The position numbers and the translations under genes are program-made. From Phallusia mammillata (Eukaryota): a DNA stretch of 64,000 nt. This document shows positions 26,368 to 38,479 of this stretch, in pieces. Numbering within the stretch: position 1 is the first letter of the stretch; every line of letters begins with the position of its first letter. The stretch is from the NCBI GenBank assembly GCA_965637545.1, contig OZ281494.1:16058001-16122000 (forward strand). Direction: 5' to 3'. Under the pieces are notes generated by a model that was not told the DNA's origin, made no database searches, and saw only the letters and a list, made by a program, of their open reading frames with translations.

Positions 26368-27598
26368 ATGCTTCAATGGACAACGACTTTAATTTTAAGT
26401 AAGGAAAATTCATTGCATAAGATGTTCATTTTTTCATCATGTATAAGATGTTCATTTTTCGGTTGTTTTTTAAGTCATGGCCCTAATGCAAGAAAGCGAT
26501 GGAGAAACTTGTCAGGTACATTTAAATGGATCACATGGATCTTTTTTGTACTCTGGAAACTCTTCTCAAATATGCACTTGGGTGTTTGGAAGTGAAACTT
26601 TGCGAAGTAATGTTATTTGTATCTCTTCAGTTTCAGTCTTTTATTGGCAAAGATGACTTCAACGTCAAGTTGCCAGACGGTAAGAGTTTTATTTACACCA
26701 AAATTTGAGGTTACAGATATATTCCACCTAAACGTTATTCCCAGCTCAATTATTTACAATTTTGGATCCTTAATTTAGATACCGATCTTAAAATTGCATC
26801 ATACAACACTTCGACATTCCCGGGACCTTGGTGTGGCCTTTATGTAAAAAAACAAAAAGGAAACGAAGTTAGTTGTCAGCCTGAAGTGGTGTTTGACAAC
26901 AAAATATGCAAAAACGAATCAATCACTAAAGAAAGTGTAAGTTGGCCTCCAAGGATGTACACAAGATTCCCGAAACAGGTTTTGGTGATAAGTTATGCAA
27001 TTTTGGATTGCCCAAACCATAGACTCCACCCATTCAGCACAACGCCAACGACAACAGGTGAGTATGTTTAATTGTAGAGAAGGAAAATAAGTCAAACTTG
27101 CAAAAGCAGCTCCTTACGAAAAATCTTTATGTTTCTGGCTGACAACAGAAATAATAATCAAAACACTATGTTTAAATTGAAACGTATTATTGCAGGTTCT
27201 TTTAAGCAAACCACAAAACAATATTCTTCTACCGAAAGAGATTTCTTTGACAAAAACGGAAAAACAATATTTGTTGTTGCAACAACATCGTTTGGTATTT
27301 TATTGCTGGTCGCTTTTTCAGTGGTTTTCTTGCTGTTAAAAAGAAACGCGTAAGTGTTTTTAAGTTGTGAATGAATTTTAAACATCCAATAATAAGGAAT
27401 TCAACACACAAAAAAGTCCACCAATTACTTTAACACTCTGTTTACATTTTGTTTGAGACAGGGTCGTTCTAAACTAGTTATTTTTCCACACGCAGGGCAC
27501 TGAAGCGCAAAGCGGTATTTTCGACACAAAGATCACAAATCTATGGTTTGGACACAGTGCACTACCATGCTTATTCATTGGCTGAGTCACAAAGATAA
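26368..27598 (+). pseudogene. B1: CUB-like type I membrane receptor, tail class IYGL..HYHAYSL; +1 frameshift in exon 2
   Basis: Exons 26368-26398, 26475-26679, 26779-27057, 27196-27349, 27496-27598. Signal MLQWTTTLILIMALMQESDG; TM IFVVATTSFGILLLVAFSVVFLLL; tail KRNAALKRKAVFSTQRSQIYGLDTVHYHAYSLAESQR*. gttatttgtatctcttcag has one extra base versus gttattctgtctcttcag in paralogs. Confidence 0.8.
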
Positions 27599-28689
27599 GC
27601 GTAATCTGTTTATATCAAAATAGGCTTTGTGGGTACTAAGCCTCTCGATATTTGTTGTTTTAACACGAATAATGAAAATATAGTTTGACAACACTACAAT
27701 GTAACGAAATAAATCCGCGGTTAATCTATCGTTGTATATTTCTTTTTTTTCCTTGTGGACTATTGTCCTCTAACGCTAAGGTTGCTGTGTATCCAACGTT
27801 TACTTTGTACATTTGTCGACCTGTCTTATACGCGCGCTTCTTTATTGCACTCTTCACACAGTATTGTATGATGTGCTTAACAACCTAACTTATATGTTGA
27901 TGAGGGGGTACGCAGATTGTTTTTTTGTGTTTTTTTTGTTTGATTGTACACCATCACTGTTTTTTTGTAGTTTCTGTTTTTTATTGATCATTTTTTTGTT
28001 TGATGAATTATTTACGCACTTAAAATATTCCATAGTTTCCAAGGTTTGTTTCAAACAAAGTAACTTTATTATGACGGTTGTATTTCTATTTATGTCACAC
28101 TCTTTACTTGTATTCAACATTGTTTTCACTTTGTATTAATAAATTTATCATTACACGCACACTTTTTCTCTTTAACATTATTTATGTTTGTATTTGGGTT
28201 TCATTCACTGGGACTCGCGAAGACCTTTCATAAACAATAAAATTGTAAAATGCATTCATTGACTAAAAAAACAGAGTTAAGAGTTTATTTCAATGATTAT
28301 AAAAAAATTGGAAATGTTATGAAGGGGGTGGCAAGTTACATTTCATTGCTAAAATGGCCACGGTATGAAAAAAGTTAAAAACCACTGGTTTAAAGCTACC
28401 GAATAAAAAAGTAGGACACAGATGCAATATTGCAACTTTAAACATGCGTTGGGTTAAAAGCACAACGAGGTTTTTATTTTGACACAAAGATGTTATTCAA
28501 ACGTCAATGCCAAGTGCTTACCTACTTTAAAGTGATCTTGATGGAGTATAGTTTTACCATCACACAACGAATGGCCCATTACTAATGGGCTAATGGGCCA
28601 TTAGAGTAAGATGTAGGATTAATTCGCTTTAAGTTGTTGACCATTTGCATTAAATTTACTATGAAAGTACGCTAATCATTTATGCCATG

Positions 28690-30690
28690 TTATGCATTGT
28701 TGGGAATTGGTCTCACGTTCATGTAAGTTGGATCTTCACTATTCGATGTCTTTCTTCCAGCTCTGCATATTTTTGAGTTAAAAATCTGAAAGTAGTCAAT
28801 GACATAAAAGACTTACCTCAGTTTAATGATCAGGGAGAAAATGACAACGAGAGCCAACAAAAGTCCAGTGCCCAACACTACTGCCACAATCGTCAAAATA
28901 TTTGTATTTGCAGCTGATTCTGTTCCAGTCGTTGTGGCTGTAAAAGACATAAGGTCAAGCACAGAAAAACATCTCAATAGTATAACCTACATTGTGTCCA
29001 AACATCATCCAATATAACCTCCCATTGATAGGGTGAAAAGTAGTAATGCACCGAACCTAACCGAACCCGCCTCAAAAAGGTTCGGACCGAAACCGAATAC
29101 AGTAAACTTTGGGTAATCCGGAACCGATTGGACCGGAAAATTATCCCGATTAGGCGAACACCAATGTCTTTTTTTCAGGCTTACGTTATCTAGGCAGTGG
29201 TTGATCGGTACAATCACCTTAATTGCGATCAACTTCCCTATAATGACAAAAATAATTGCGTTGGTATGTTGGTATTGAGTGCCTGAAAAGCATTGGGCAA
29301 AATTTTGTGCACTTGACTGTTCGTTCATACGCGGGGTTTCAATAGCGTTCAAATAACAAGTAGCTAACAGGAAGCAGTTATTATAAACTACAACGTCACT
29401 GCAACATGGTTTGTTATACAAATCTGCAATCGTAACGGAAAAAGTCCGGATGAAAATTTTATCCTGAATTTAGCGGTATCCGGATTAACCACAGTGTTGA
29501 GTAAACAAAGGTAATACAAACCATTTGTCCCTCAAGTTTTGCTCGAATTAGGCAAAGATCAGATTCCGGTTTAATCGACGTTTACTGTATTTGGCCATGA
29601 TGTCAACTAATTTGGGCCGAATAAAGCCAAACCTAAAATACCTCTTTTTGTTACATGTTTTCAACTGAAGTTTGTGTTGTTGATGCAGGCGAACTTATCA
29701 CATTCCAAAACAAAACACCTACTAATTGCAGACAACGTGGCTCGTGTTTTATAATGCAACAACTACATGATGTTTCAGATTGGCGATCATCAAGGTTTAT
29801 CTGTATTAATTTAACACATTAAAAGGGGGGTCTGTTCCGCCTATCAAAAGTTTCAAAAAAGGAAAGGAATCGAAGCAGCGTCGAAACGGAATATTCGGCA
29901 GATGTTTCGGCAAACCGAAACTTCGGTGCATCACCAAATGAAAGCAGCAGCTATCTTCTGTTGTAGCAAAAACTACTCATCTCCTTTGGCTTTTCCAAAA
30001 AGACATACGCACCTGTGGTTGTTGGCGTTGTGCTGAATGGGTAGAGTCTAAGGTTTGGGCAATCCAAAATTGCATAACTTATCATCGAAACCTGTTTCGG
30101 GAATCTTGTGTACATCCTTGGAGGCCAACTTACAGTTTCTTTGGTGATTGGTTCGTTTTTGCATATTTTGTTGTCAAAGTCCACTTCAGGCTGACAAACA
30201 ACTTCGTTTCTTTTTTGTTTTTTAACATAAAGGCCACACCAAGGTCCCGGATGTGTCGAATTGTTGTCTGATGCAATTTTAAGATCTGTGTCTAAAACAA
30301 GGGTCTAAAATTGTAAATAATTGAGCTGCGAATAACGTTTAGGTGAAATATATCTGTAACCTCAAATTTTGGTGTAAATAAAACTCTTACCGTCTGGTAA
30401 CTTGACGTTGAAGTCATCTTTGCCAATAAAAGACAGGAACTGAAGAGACAGAATGACATTACTTCGCAAAGTTTCACTTCCAAACACCCAAGTGCATATT
30501 TGAGAAGAGTTGCCAGAGTGCAAGAAAGATCCATGTGTTCCATTTAAATGTACCTGACAAGTTTCTCCATCGCTTTCTTGCATTAGGGCCATGACTTAAA
30601 CAACCACCGAAAAAATGAACATTTGCTCAATCCTATACATTGCACTGAATTTTCCTTACTTAAAATTAAAGTCGTTGTTCATTGAAGCAT
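28690..30690 (-). pseudogene. B2: CUB-like type I membrane receptor, tail class EDPTYMNV; nonsense at codon 4 (TGG>TGA)
   Basis: Exon 1 reads ATG CTT CAA TGA. The remaining exons are open: ETCQVHLNGTHGSF..WCG..WPPRMY..DCP; TM ILTIVAVVLGTGLLLALVVIFSLII; tail KLRAGRKTSNSEDPTYMNVRPIPNNA*. Confidence 0.78.
29041..29936. mobile_element. Old hAT-like non-autonomous element forming most of B2 intron 3 (homologous sequence in B3 intron 3)
   Basis: TIR-like ends tagtaatgcaccgaa / rc tggtgatgcaccgaa (13/15); subterminal CCGAA/AACCG motifs; TSD is poorly preserved. Confidence 0.45.
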
Positions 30691-31204
30691 CTTGATGTCT
30701 TTAATGGAAATGAACCACAAACTTGTCAGCTCAATCGAATTAAAGTATGCCTCTCTTATGTGTCATATCTATCTGTCTATTTCATTTGCGGTGATATTCT
30801 GACAATCAATCTGTATTTGGGCATCTGAACTCTTTACTTTGTTCACAAGGCTTCTTTACGTAGTAAGAATTTGAATGAAATTTGAATACCGGAAACTCTG
30901 ATGCAGTCAATGAGAAGGGATAAATGTGGACGATGGAGGTGACAAAACAAGGTTGCCAAATGATTATTGTTGAGTTCACTGTGCTTAAAATGAGATTGAA
31001 ATGAGAAAAAAATGTATTAAATTAAAAAGTAAGAAACTAATGTATATTGTATATAATAACACGAAATTTAATACTAGCAACCTATTTTTATTTCTCACAT
31101 ACTTTCACGGTGATTTATCGACACTATATTTTTGTGTAATCCAAAAAGCATAATATTTCAAAAATGGTTCCTAAAGCTCCACAAGTATATGGAAGGGTAT
31201 AAAG

Positions 31205-31704
31205 CAGGGGTGTGCAACCCGCGGCCCGCGGGCCACAATCCGGCCCGCCAAGCCATTTAGTGTGGCCCTCAACAACACTCTGATTCTCTGATTAGTTTTC
31301 GGTAAATCTCCTAAGTTGCTATACGTAACAAGAATAAGCTAAACCAGCGCATGAAACTTAATACACCCAGACCTATGGTCTTCTATTCGCACTAGGTGCT
31401 TGTTGCGTATCTATACCGAATGTGACGTAATATACCTCTTTGTCTAGTAAACAATTACTTTGTTGTGAAAGGCAGTGTTGCGACGAAACCTACTTGCACC
31501 TAACATTTTAAAGTTGATTTTAAAAGCAAAATAAAACAAAACGCAGGGGTGTGGAAATAATATCGACATGATATTATAATGCAAGCCGCACAAACAGTAG
31601 TGTAAAAAAGTGTAAATACGGTACATGAAAAAAACTGTGTGGCCCTCGCTTGATGTCCGAAATTGGTTATATGGCCCACCGCCGAAAAAGGTTGCACACC
31701 CCTG
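31205..31704. mobile_element. hAT (Charlie-like) MITE
   Basis: TIR CAGGGGTGTGCAACC; perfect 8-bp TSD gtataaag; CGGCCC subterminal motifs; absent from the paralogous flank at about 43015. Confidence 0.92.
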
Positions 31705-32466
31705 GTATAAAGTAATACTTAGTGTTGCAATGAACACATAGTAGATTAGCAGTGACCGAAAATGGACTGCGTCTATTTCTGCCATTTTCTGTTTTTGCAT
31801 GGGCACTGCTTGCAATTAAAAGCGACACAAATTGTTACATAGTGTATTAAAGTAAAACTGCAAAAACAGTCAAAAAATGCAGGTAACACAATGAAGTTTG
31901 GTTAAAGTAGATTGACAAAGACGCCCCAGGATTCAAATTTTTGAACAAGCAAAATGCCATTTTATATACTTTACATTGTACTTTAATGGAAATTTTAGTG
32001 TGAATTTGTAATCACCCCATCCGTTTACTTTTAGGCGCTTGAAACTGTCGAATTTTGAATAATCCCAGACTTTTATGCTGTCGTAATGTATTACATAGTA
32101 TGGACCTGCGCTTTAAGCGACATGGTAGCCTATGCTATGGATATTACGAACAGCGTTGGGGGTTACCCATTGTTTTGTTTTCGTCGGATTGCGGCTGTTA
32201 GATGACAAATTAAACACGCTGAAGTGAACCTCTCAATGCGGTAGGAAGTTGGAAGTTTGATCACTGGCTTCAGTTTATTGTTGTTGTTTTTTTTGCTAAA
32301 AGTCAGGGGTAAGTTAACTTTAAGTTATTTGTAAGAAATAGAAAACAATGTGAAATAGGAAACGCATATCACATTACTTTTTGTTCAACCCTTATTTAAC
32401 ATCCTGACTGATGATGGCAATTGTAGTAGCAATTAAATAAGAAGCCAAACCTGGGATATTATAAAA

Positions 32467-32651
32467 CAGGGGTGGGCAACCCTTTTTTCTACCGTGGACC
32501 GTTTTTGAAATTAAAATTTTATCGCGGACCGGCCTTTAAAAAACTACAAATCTTTAGCAACGAAACGCCTGAATTAGTTTATCATCCCCGGTATACATAG
32601 GCAAAATGATTTCAAACATTTATACGGCCCGGTAAGCGGTTGCCGACCACA
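32467..32651. mobile_element. Short hAT MITE at the same position as the 43784-43980 copy
   Basis: CAGGGGTGGGCAACC start and decayed GGTTGCCGACCAC end; same flanks as the 43784 copy, so it predates the A3/A4 duplication. Confidence 0.7.
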
Positions 32652-32977
32652 TTAGAGACCTTTGCAATTTAATAAAGCAAATGGGAGTTCAAAACACCAG
32701 AACTTAGTGATTAAATGATTTCATCCAACGTATTTGAGCTTGTTTAAGATTATTTTGTTTACGTAAAATGTCATGTTTCTATGTTTTAAAATGAAAAAAA
32801 GTTGCAACACATTTACAAATATACACATGTTATCTATAGCATACAAATGACTCCATGGCAAAGCTTACTATTATACTCTTTTTGACGTAATGGCTTGTTT
32901 TGGAAAAAATAATTATTATTGTAATTGCATTGAGACATTATTGAAACTTTGACCTAGCAAAGTCACTTGAGTGTTAA

Positions 32978-34324
32978 CTAGCCAAGCGAGCAAACAACAC
33001 AACGGATCTCCCAACCAGAAACATAAGGTTTGCAAGGAACACTATAACCACATTTGTTTTCCACAACAAATAAATAAGCTCCGTGTTGGCTTCCTTTGGT
33101 TCCTGGAACCACTTGTGGTGTGTCGTCCACACAAAGATGACTGGACGAATGCTTGGTCGTGTCGTGGGATCCAGTCATTATGTAACCTGTGTATTCGATC
33201 GTCCAACCTTCGGGACACGTTTCGCGGCTTGGAATCATTAGCTGGAAAATTTAAAAAATAATTATAACTTTGCTTTGTTGCTGAATTTTTTTCTGCATGG
33301 AAGTCACGAAGCACTAGAGAGTCACAAGAACCCGATTTTGGACAAACGTCCAAATATAGATTTACAACATCGCTAATACCACGTTACCTGTGTTGGACCT
33401 TGAACCAAGCAAATAGCGCATGGAACACCTTGATATTGAAGTGCTTGCTCCTCGATGAAAGACAAATCGAACAAAGGGTATTTACTCGGTCCGTCTCGAT
33501 ACTCAGCTCCATAAATATAAGAAGGCCCTGTTTGTGATGTACAGTGTGTTAAATGCTTTATTTAGTAACTAACAAATCCGTTTCTGTGCAAAAAGATGGA
33601 ATATTTAATGACCCTGAGTGCCGTCCACGTCACGTTGTGATGTAAGCACAAAAAATCTGATCCACCTCCAAGATGCGCGTAATACGATCCGGCAACATAA
33701 CCTGGATAAACATATTTTAGGAGTACCAGGCACAACTAAGACGGATATCAGCCACATACCGTGGTACACCATACTTGTTCCAGTCTTGACTGGGCAGTCA
33801 CTTCTTCCCCAACGTACGTAAGTAGTATCTAATTTGATTTGTGATTGGTTAGATTTGCAATACCGCCTACCTATCTGGATTTTTCCTGTTTATTAGCAGC
33901 ATGCGATCAAGAGAGACTAAGAAAAAATAATTTACCTATCCCGTAAGTTGTTATCACTGGAGAATCTTCTTCCTATAAGAAAAGCGAGAAGCAAAAATTA
34001 GAGTAAAAGTTTATGTGATACAAATTTTCTGCGTACCAATGATCTTTTATGAACAATGTGTTGCAAATGAATTTCCTTGACTCCAGATTCTTTTTCAGCC
34101 ACCAAGTTTTCTAAACTGCAAATTTGCAATTGCACATTAGGAAAGTGAGTCCCAAGGAGCATATGAGTTTAAATTATTCAATCAACTGACCGTTTTAGGT
34201 AAATGGTAACCTGATGTACAACATTTCCAACGCAGAATAATGCCACCAAAAGCAAAAATGTTCCAAAAATCAGTGGTTTGTTTGAAATCTTACGAACAGA
34301 ATTTCTGTAGCTTTGCGGTCGCAT
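32978..34324 (-). pseudogene. A3: family-A gene with a 19-bp frameshifting deletion in exon 5
   Basis: All 7 exons are present. Exon 5 reads aacgtgacgtggacggcactcagg versus aacgtgacgtataccgaaggacactatgtggacggcactcagg in A2 (19 nt lost). Exon 2 also has an in-frame deletion. Confidence 0.78.
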
Positions 34325-35064
34325 CTTTCTCATCAGGGCACTCAACGGAATAAAATAAAACTTGTGATCAAACTGGCATGTGAAGTCTCAGATTTGTAAG
34401 TTTAATTAATGTTAGTTTGCTATCACGATTTCATTTTGACAATTTATCACATGACAAAATATCGATTAAAAAATCATGATGGAATTTCCATTAAAGTGAA
34501 ACCAGCATGTGTAAATTAAAACTCCCACCTGAAGTAATATATATACAAATGGCAATTTGCTGGTGTAGGAAATTGGACCCGGTGCTGACTTTGTTAATTT
34601 ATTTTCCCTCAGGTCTGTATGTTGTTAAGATTTTTTCTTTGTTTTTACAATTTTGCTTTAAGACATTGCGGAGAATTTCCACGACGTCATTTGCACTGCA
34701 AGCGAAGTCCAAGAAAAAGAAAATTACCGGAAGCGACGCAGAAAAATTTTCGTTTTGCTCTTATGCTGTGTGTTGTTTATTCAAAAAAAATATATTTGCT
34801 AATAATTTTTTCACTCTTTGTTTGACTTACATTTAATAAAAAAACATTTTTTTTCAATATTTGTATCTAAAAAGCCTTTTACAAAACTTCTAAGAAAACC
34901 ACAATATACTTAGGGTTACGTTTAAAAATGCTATTTGTGGTCTATCATAAACTTGACTTGTTACAATTTTACATTCTTAAAAAAAAATTACATTCTTATT
35001 TCAGATGCCCATCTTTAAATTGCATCACACAACACTTTGACATATCTGGGACCTTGATGTAGAC

Positions 35065-35583
35065 CCGGGTCTCAAACTCAAACTGTTTTGGGGGGCAAAA
35101 ACAAACTTTTGAGTAAGTCGAGGGCCGCACTATCGATATCGAACAAAAATATGGCAAGATTAAAATGTAAAATGTTCATGTATTCTATTAGCTACATTAA
35201 AAAGCAATATTGTAAAAAAACAGATATACAGGGTAGCAAAGTTGAAGAGTCAGCTGTACTTTATTGCTTTGTATGGAAACATTGGCTTACAATGACACAA
35301 TGTATAAAATATGACGCAACAATCGCAATTGCTGATTTTAAAAAATGTGCCAGTTCAATCATCCTATAAAAACGTTGCATATACCACCAATAGAAAATGA
35401 TCGTATCATGTTAATTCACTGGTTTGACAGGGTATTCCGCCTAAGTGAAACACATAAGTTCTAAAAGTTACTTCCCGGGCCGCACATAGACCGTTGGAGG
35501 GCCGCACATAGACCGTTGGAGGGCCGCACATAGACCGTTGGAGGGCCGCATGCGGCCCGCGGGCCGCGTGTTTGATACCCCTG
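35065..35583. mobile_element. hAT MITE between the divergent A3 and B3 starts
   Basis: Ends ccgggtctcaaac / gtttgatacccctg; TSD atgtagac/gtgtagac (7/8). Confidence 0.8.
35477..35550. repeat. 22-bp tandem repeat (3 full copies plus a partial) inside the MITE subterminal region
   Basis: gggccgcacatagaccgttgga x3 followed by gggccgca; no spacers. Confidence 0.95.
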
Positions 35584-36091
35584 GTGTAGACCTTATGTTA
35601 AAAAAAGGTTTCAAAAAAGTTACCCTAAGTTTCTTGTCAAGTGTGAAATTCCAAAGTAAAAAGTATATAAAATACTGTATATAAAATTGCGTCTCGCTTG
35701 TTTAACAGACTTAAATCCTGTGACCTTAACACTAAGTATTTGGCAACGTTTCATCTCTACCGTCCACGTTTATCCTGTCTTTATCACAGTTTCCGTTATT
35801 CAAATTTCTTTTAAATTCTTGCTACGTAAAAAAGCATTGTGAACAGAGTAAAGAGTTCAGATGCCCAAATACAGATTGTTTTCTTTTTTCTGAGTGTTAC
35901 CGCAACATAAATAGACGCAGTTTCAAGACGATAGACAGGGTTGCCATACCGTCCGTTTTTAAGATTTGGTTGTCCTTATTTTGGAGTCCATGTCAATGAC
36001 AACCCTGACTATAGACATGAAAATAAGAGAAGCATAGTTTTGATTGGTCTGAGCTGGCATGTTTATGGTTTATTTTTATTAAACCATCAAG

Positions 36092-38479
36092 ATGATTCAA
36101 TGGACAACTATCATAAGTTCAAGTAAGTGAAATTCATTACAGTGCATAAGACTGAGCTTATTTTCATTTTTTCGGTTGTTGTTTAAGTCATGGTTAGGGC
36201 TGTTATCAAATAAATTATTATTTGATTATTTGAATTTATTAAATACTTGGAAATTTATCAAATCTTTTTTACACAATTTCAAACAGTCAAATGATGTTTT
36301 CGGTGCAGAAAACCTGAATATAAGTGCAAAATCATTTTAATTAAACACATTTGTGGGTATGAATTTGAGAATTAACAGCAGCATGTGTTTTCAGCCATAA
36401 ATACACATTTCCCAAAAAATTTTGGGCAAAAAAGCATAGTAATTTAGTCCACATTTCGGTATCAATTACACTCAGTAGCAATTAAGGTTATTCAAGCAAG
36501 TGATTAAAATGTTAAAGACCATAGTTCATTTAACCAAGTGTTCAATAGAAAGGTATTAACAAAGTGAAAAAATACACATTCACACATGGTTTTTACGGAG
36601 AATAAGATTTAATGACTAATAGCACAGCCACATTACAATTTTTGGTTAATGACTTTAAAATATACTTGTTAATAACGGCTCTGTGCCGTACAGAAATTCA
36701 GGAATTTAAAATTATTTGAATTTTTTGTTTGTTTGATTTGAAAGCTAAAAAACTACTGATCATTTGAAAATTTCAAAACATTTATTTGATAACAGCCCTA
36801 GTCATGGTCCTAATGAAAGAAAGCGGTGGGGCTAAAATTTGCCAGGTACATTTAAATGGAACACATGGATCTTTTTTTTACCATGGAAACTCTTCTCAAA
36901 TATGCACTTGGGTGTTTGGAAGTGAAACTTTTCGAAGTAATGTCATACTATCTGTTCAGTTTCTGTCTTTTATTGGCAAAGATGACTTCAACGTCAAGTT
37001 ACCAGACGGTAAGCGTTTTATTTACATTAAACTTTGGCGTTACAGATTTATCTTACCTAAACATTATTCGCAGTTAATTTCTTTACATTTTTACAACCTT
37101 GTTTTAGACACCGATCTTAAAATTGCGTCAGACAACAATTTGACACATCCCGGAGCTTGGTGTGGTCTCTATGTTAAAAAACAAAGAGAAAACGAAGTTA
37201 CTTGTCAGCCTGAAGTGGACTTTGACAACAAAATATGCAAAAACGAACCAATCACTAAAGAAAGTGTAAGTTGGCCTCCAAGGATGTACACAAGATTCCC
37301 GAAACACGTTGTGGTGATAAGTTATGCACTGATGGATTGCCCAAACCATAGACTCTACCCAGTCAGCACAACGCCAACAGGTGAGTATGCTATTGTAAGG
37401 AATCCAAAGAATTAATTTTTGCTTCAACAGAAGATAGCTGGTGTTTTTAAGTTTGGTTTGCCGAAACGTTTCGACCGAATATTTCGTTTCGACGCTGTTT
37501 CGATTTTAGTCCTATTTTTGAAAAAACAGGCAAAAGCAACCTATTTTTGTTTGTTAAAATAATACTAATAAACCTTCATTATCGCCGATTTAAAACATTA
37601 TGTAGTTGTTGCATTTGAAAACACGATCCACGTTGTCTGCAATTATGTGTTTTGTTTAAACTTACGTATTAAAGAACTGTTTTGCAATGTCATTAATAAG
37701 TTCACCTGCATCAACAACAACAAACTTCAGTTGAAAACATCTTTTAGAAAAGGATATTTTAGGTTTGGCTTTATTCGGCCCAAATAAGTTTACAGCATGG
37801 CAAAATACAGTAAACGTCGGTTAAACCGGAATTGGATCTTTGCCTAATTCGAGCAAAATTTGAGGGATAAATGGTTTGTATTACCATTCTTCACCAAACA
37901 CTTCGATTAATGCGAATATTCGCTAAATTCAGGAAAAAATACGCTTTCTTTATTTCCTAATCCGGATTCATTACGTTGCAATTTCGGATTTCTGCACCAA
38001 ACCATGCTGCGGTAACGTACTGGTAGTTTATAATAACTGCTCCCTGTTAGTTACTTGTTGCTCTGTAAAACATAGATTATGCCATTACAGTGTTGTGGTT
38101 TCTGTGCTTTACCTTAAGCTTTTTTATAGCCACAACGGCTGAAACAACAACCACAACGGCTGGGACAATAGCCACGACGGCTGGGACAATAGCCACGACG
38201 GCTGAAACAATAGTCACAACGAATGGATCAGAATCATATGCAAGTACACAAATTTTAACGGTTATAGCGGTGCTGCTTAGCACTGGACTTTTGTTGGCTC
38301 TCGTTGTCATTTTCTCCCTAATCATTAAACTGAGGTGAGTCTTACATGTCATTGACTATAATTGCCGATTTTAATTAAAAATATGCAGAACTGGGAGGAA
38401 GACATCGAATAGTGAAGATCCAACTTACATGAACTTGGGACCAATTCCCAACCATGCAGAACTTAACGCAAACAATTAG
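36092..38479 (+). CDS. B3: CUB-like type I membrane receptor with Thr-rich repeat stalk and EDPTYMNL tail; apparently intact
   Basis: Exons 36092-36122, 36802-37008, 37108-37380, 38130-38334, 38389-38479. Signal MIQWTTIISSIMVLMKESGG; TM ILTVIAVLLSTGLLLALVVIFSLII; tail KLRTGRKTSNSEDPTYMNLGPIPNHAELNANN*. Intactness depends on use of the AG regenerated at 36800-36801. Confidence 0.75.
36195..36800. mobile_element. Young hAT MITE (606 bp) inserted at the B3 exon-2 splice acceptor
   Basis: Perfect 21-bp TIR TAGGGCTGTTATCAAATAAAT; perfect 8-bp TSD gtcatggt (36187-36194 and 36801-36808). Confidence 0.95.

Noticed and set aside
27685-28139. Phe/Leu-rich or Lys/Asn-rich ORFs (also 47690-48088 and 20792-21097) as membrane proteins
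   Set aside because: Low-complexity AT-rich 3' flank shared by B1, B4 and B5; reading frames are not conserved between copies.
28570-28602. Small palindrome atggcccatta..taatgggccat
   Set aside because: Too short and not retained in the paralogous B3 3' region.
35477-35550. 22-bp direct repeats as a CRISPR array
   Set aside because: Head-to-tail copies with no spacers, inside a hAT MITE in a eukaryotic genome.
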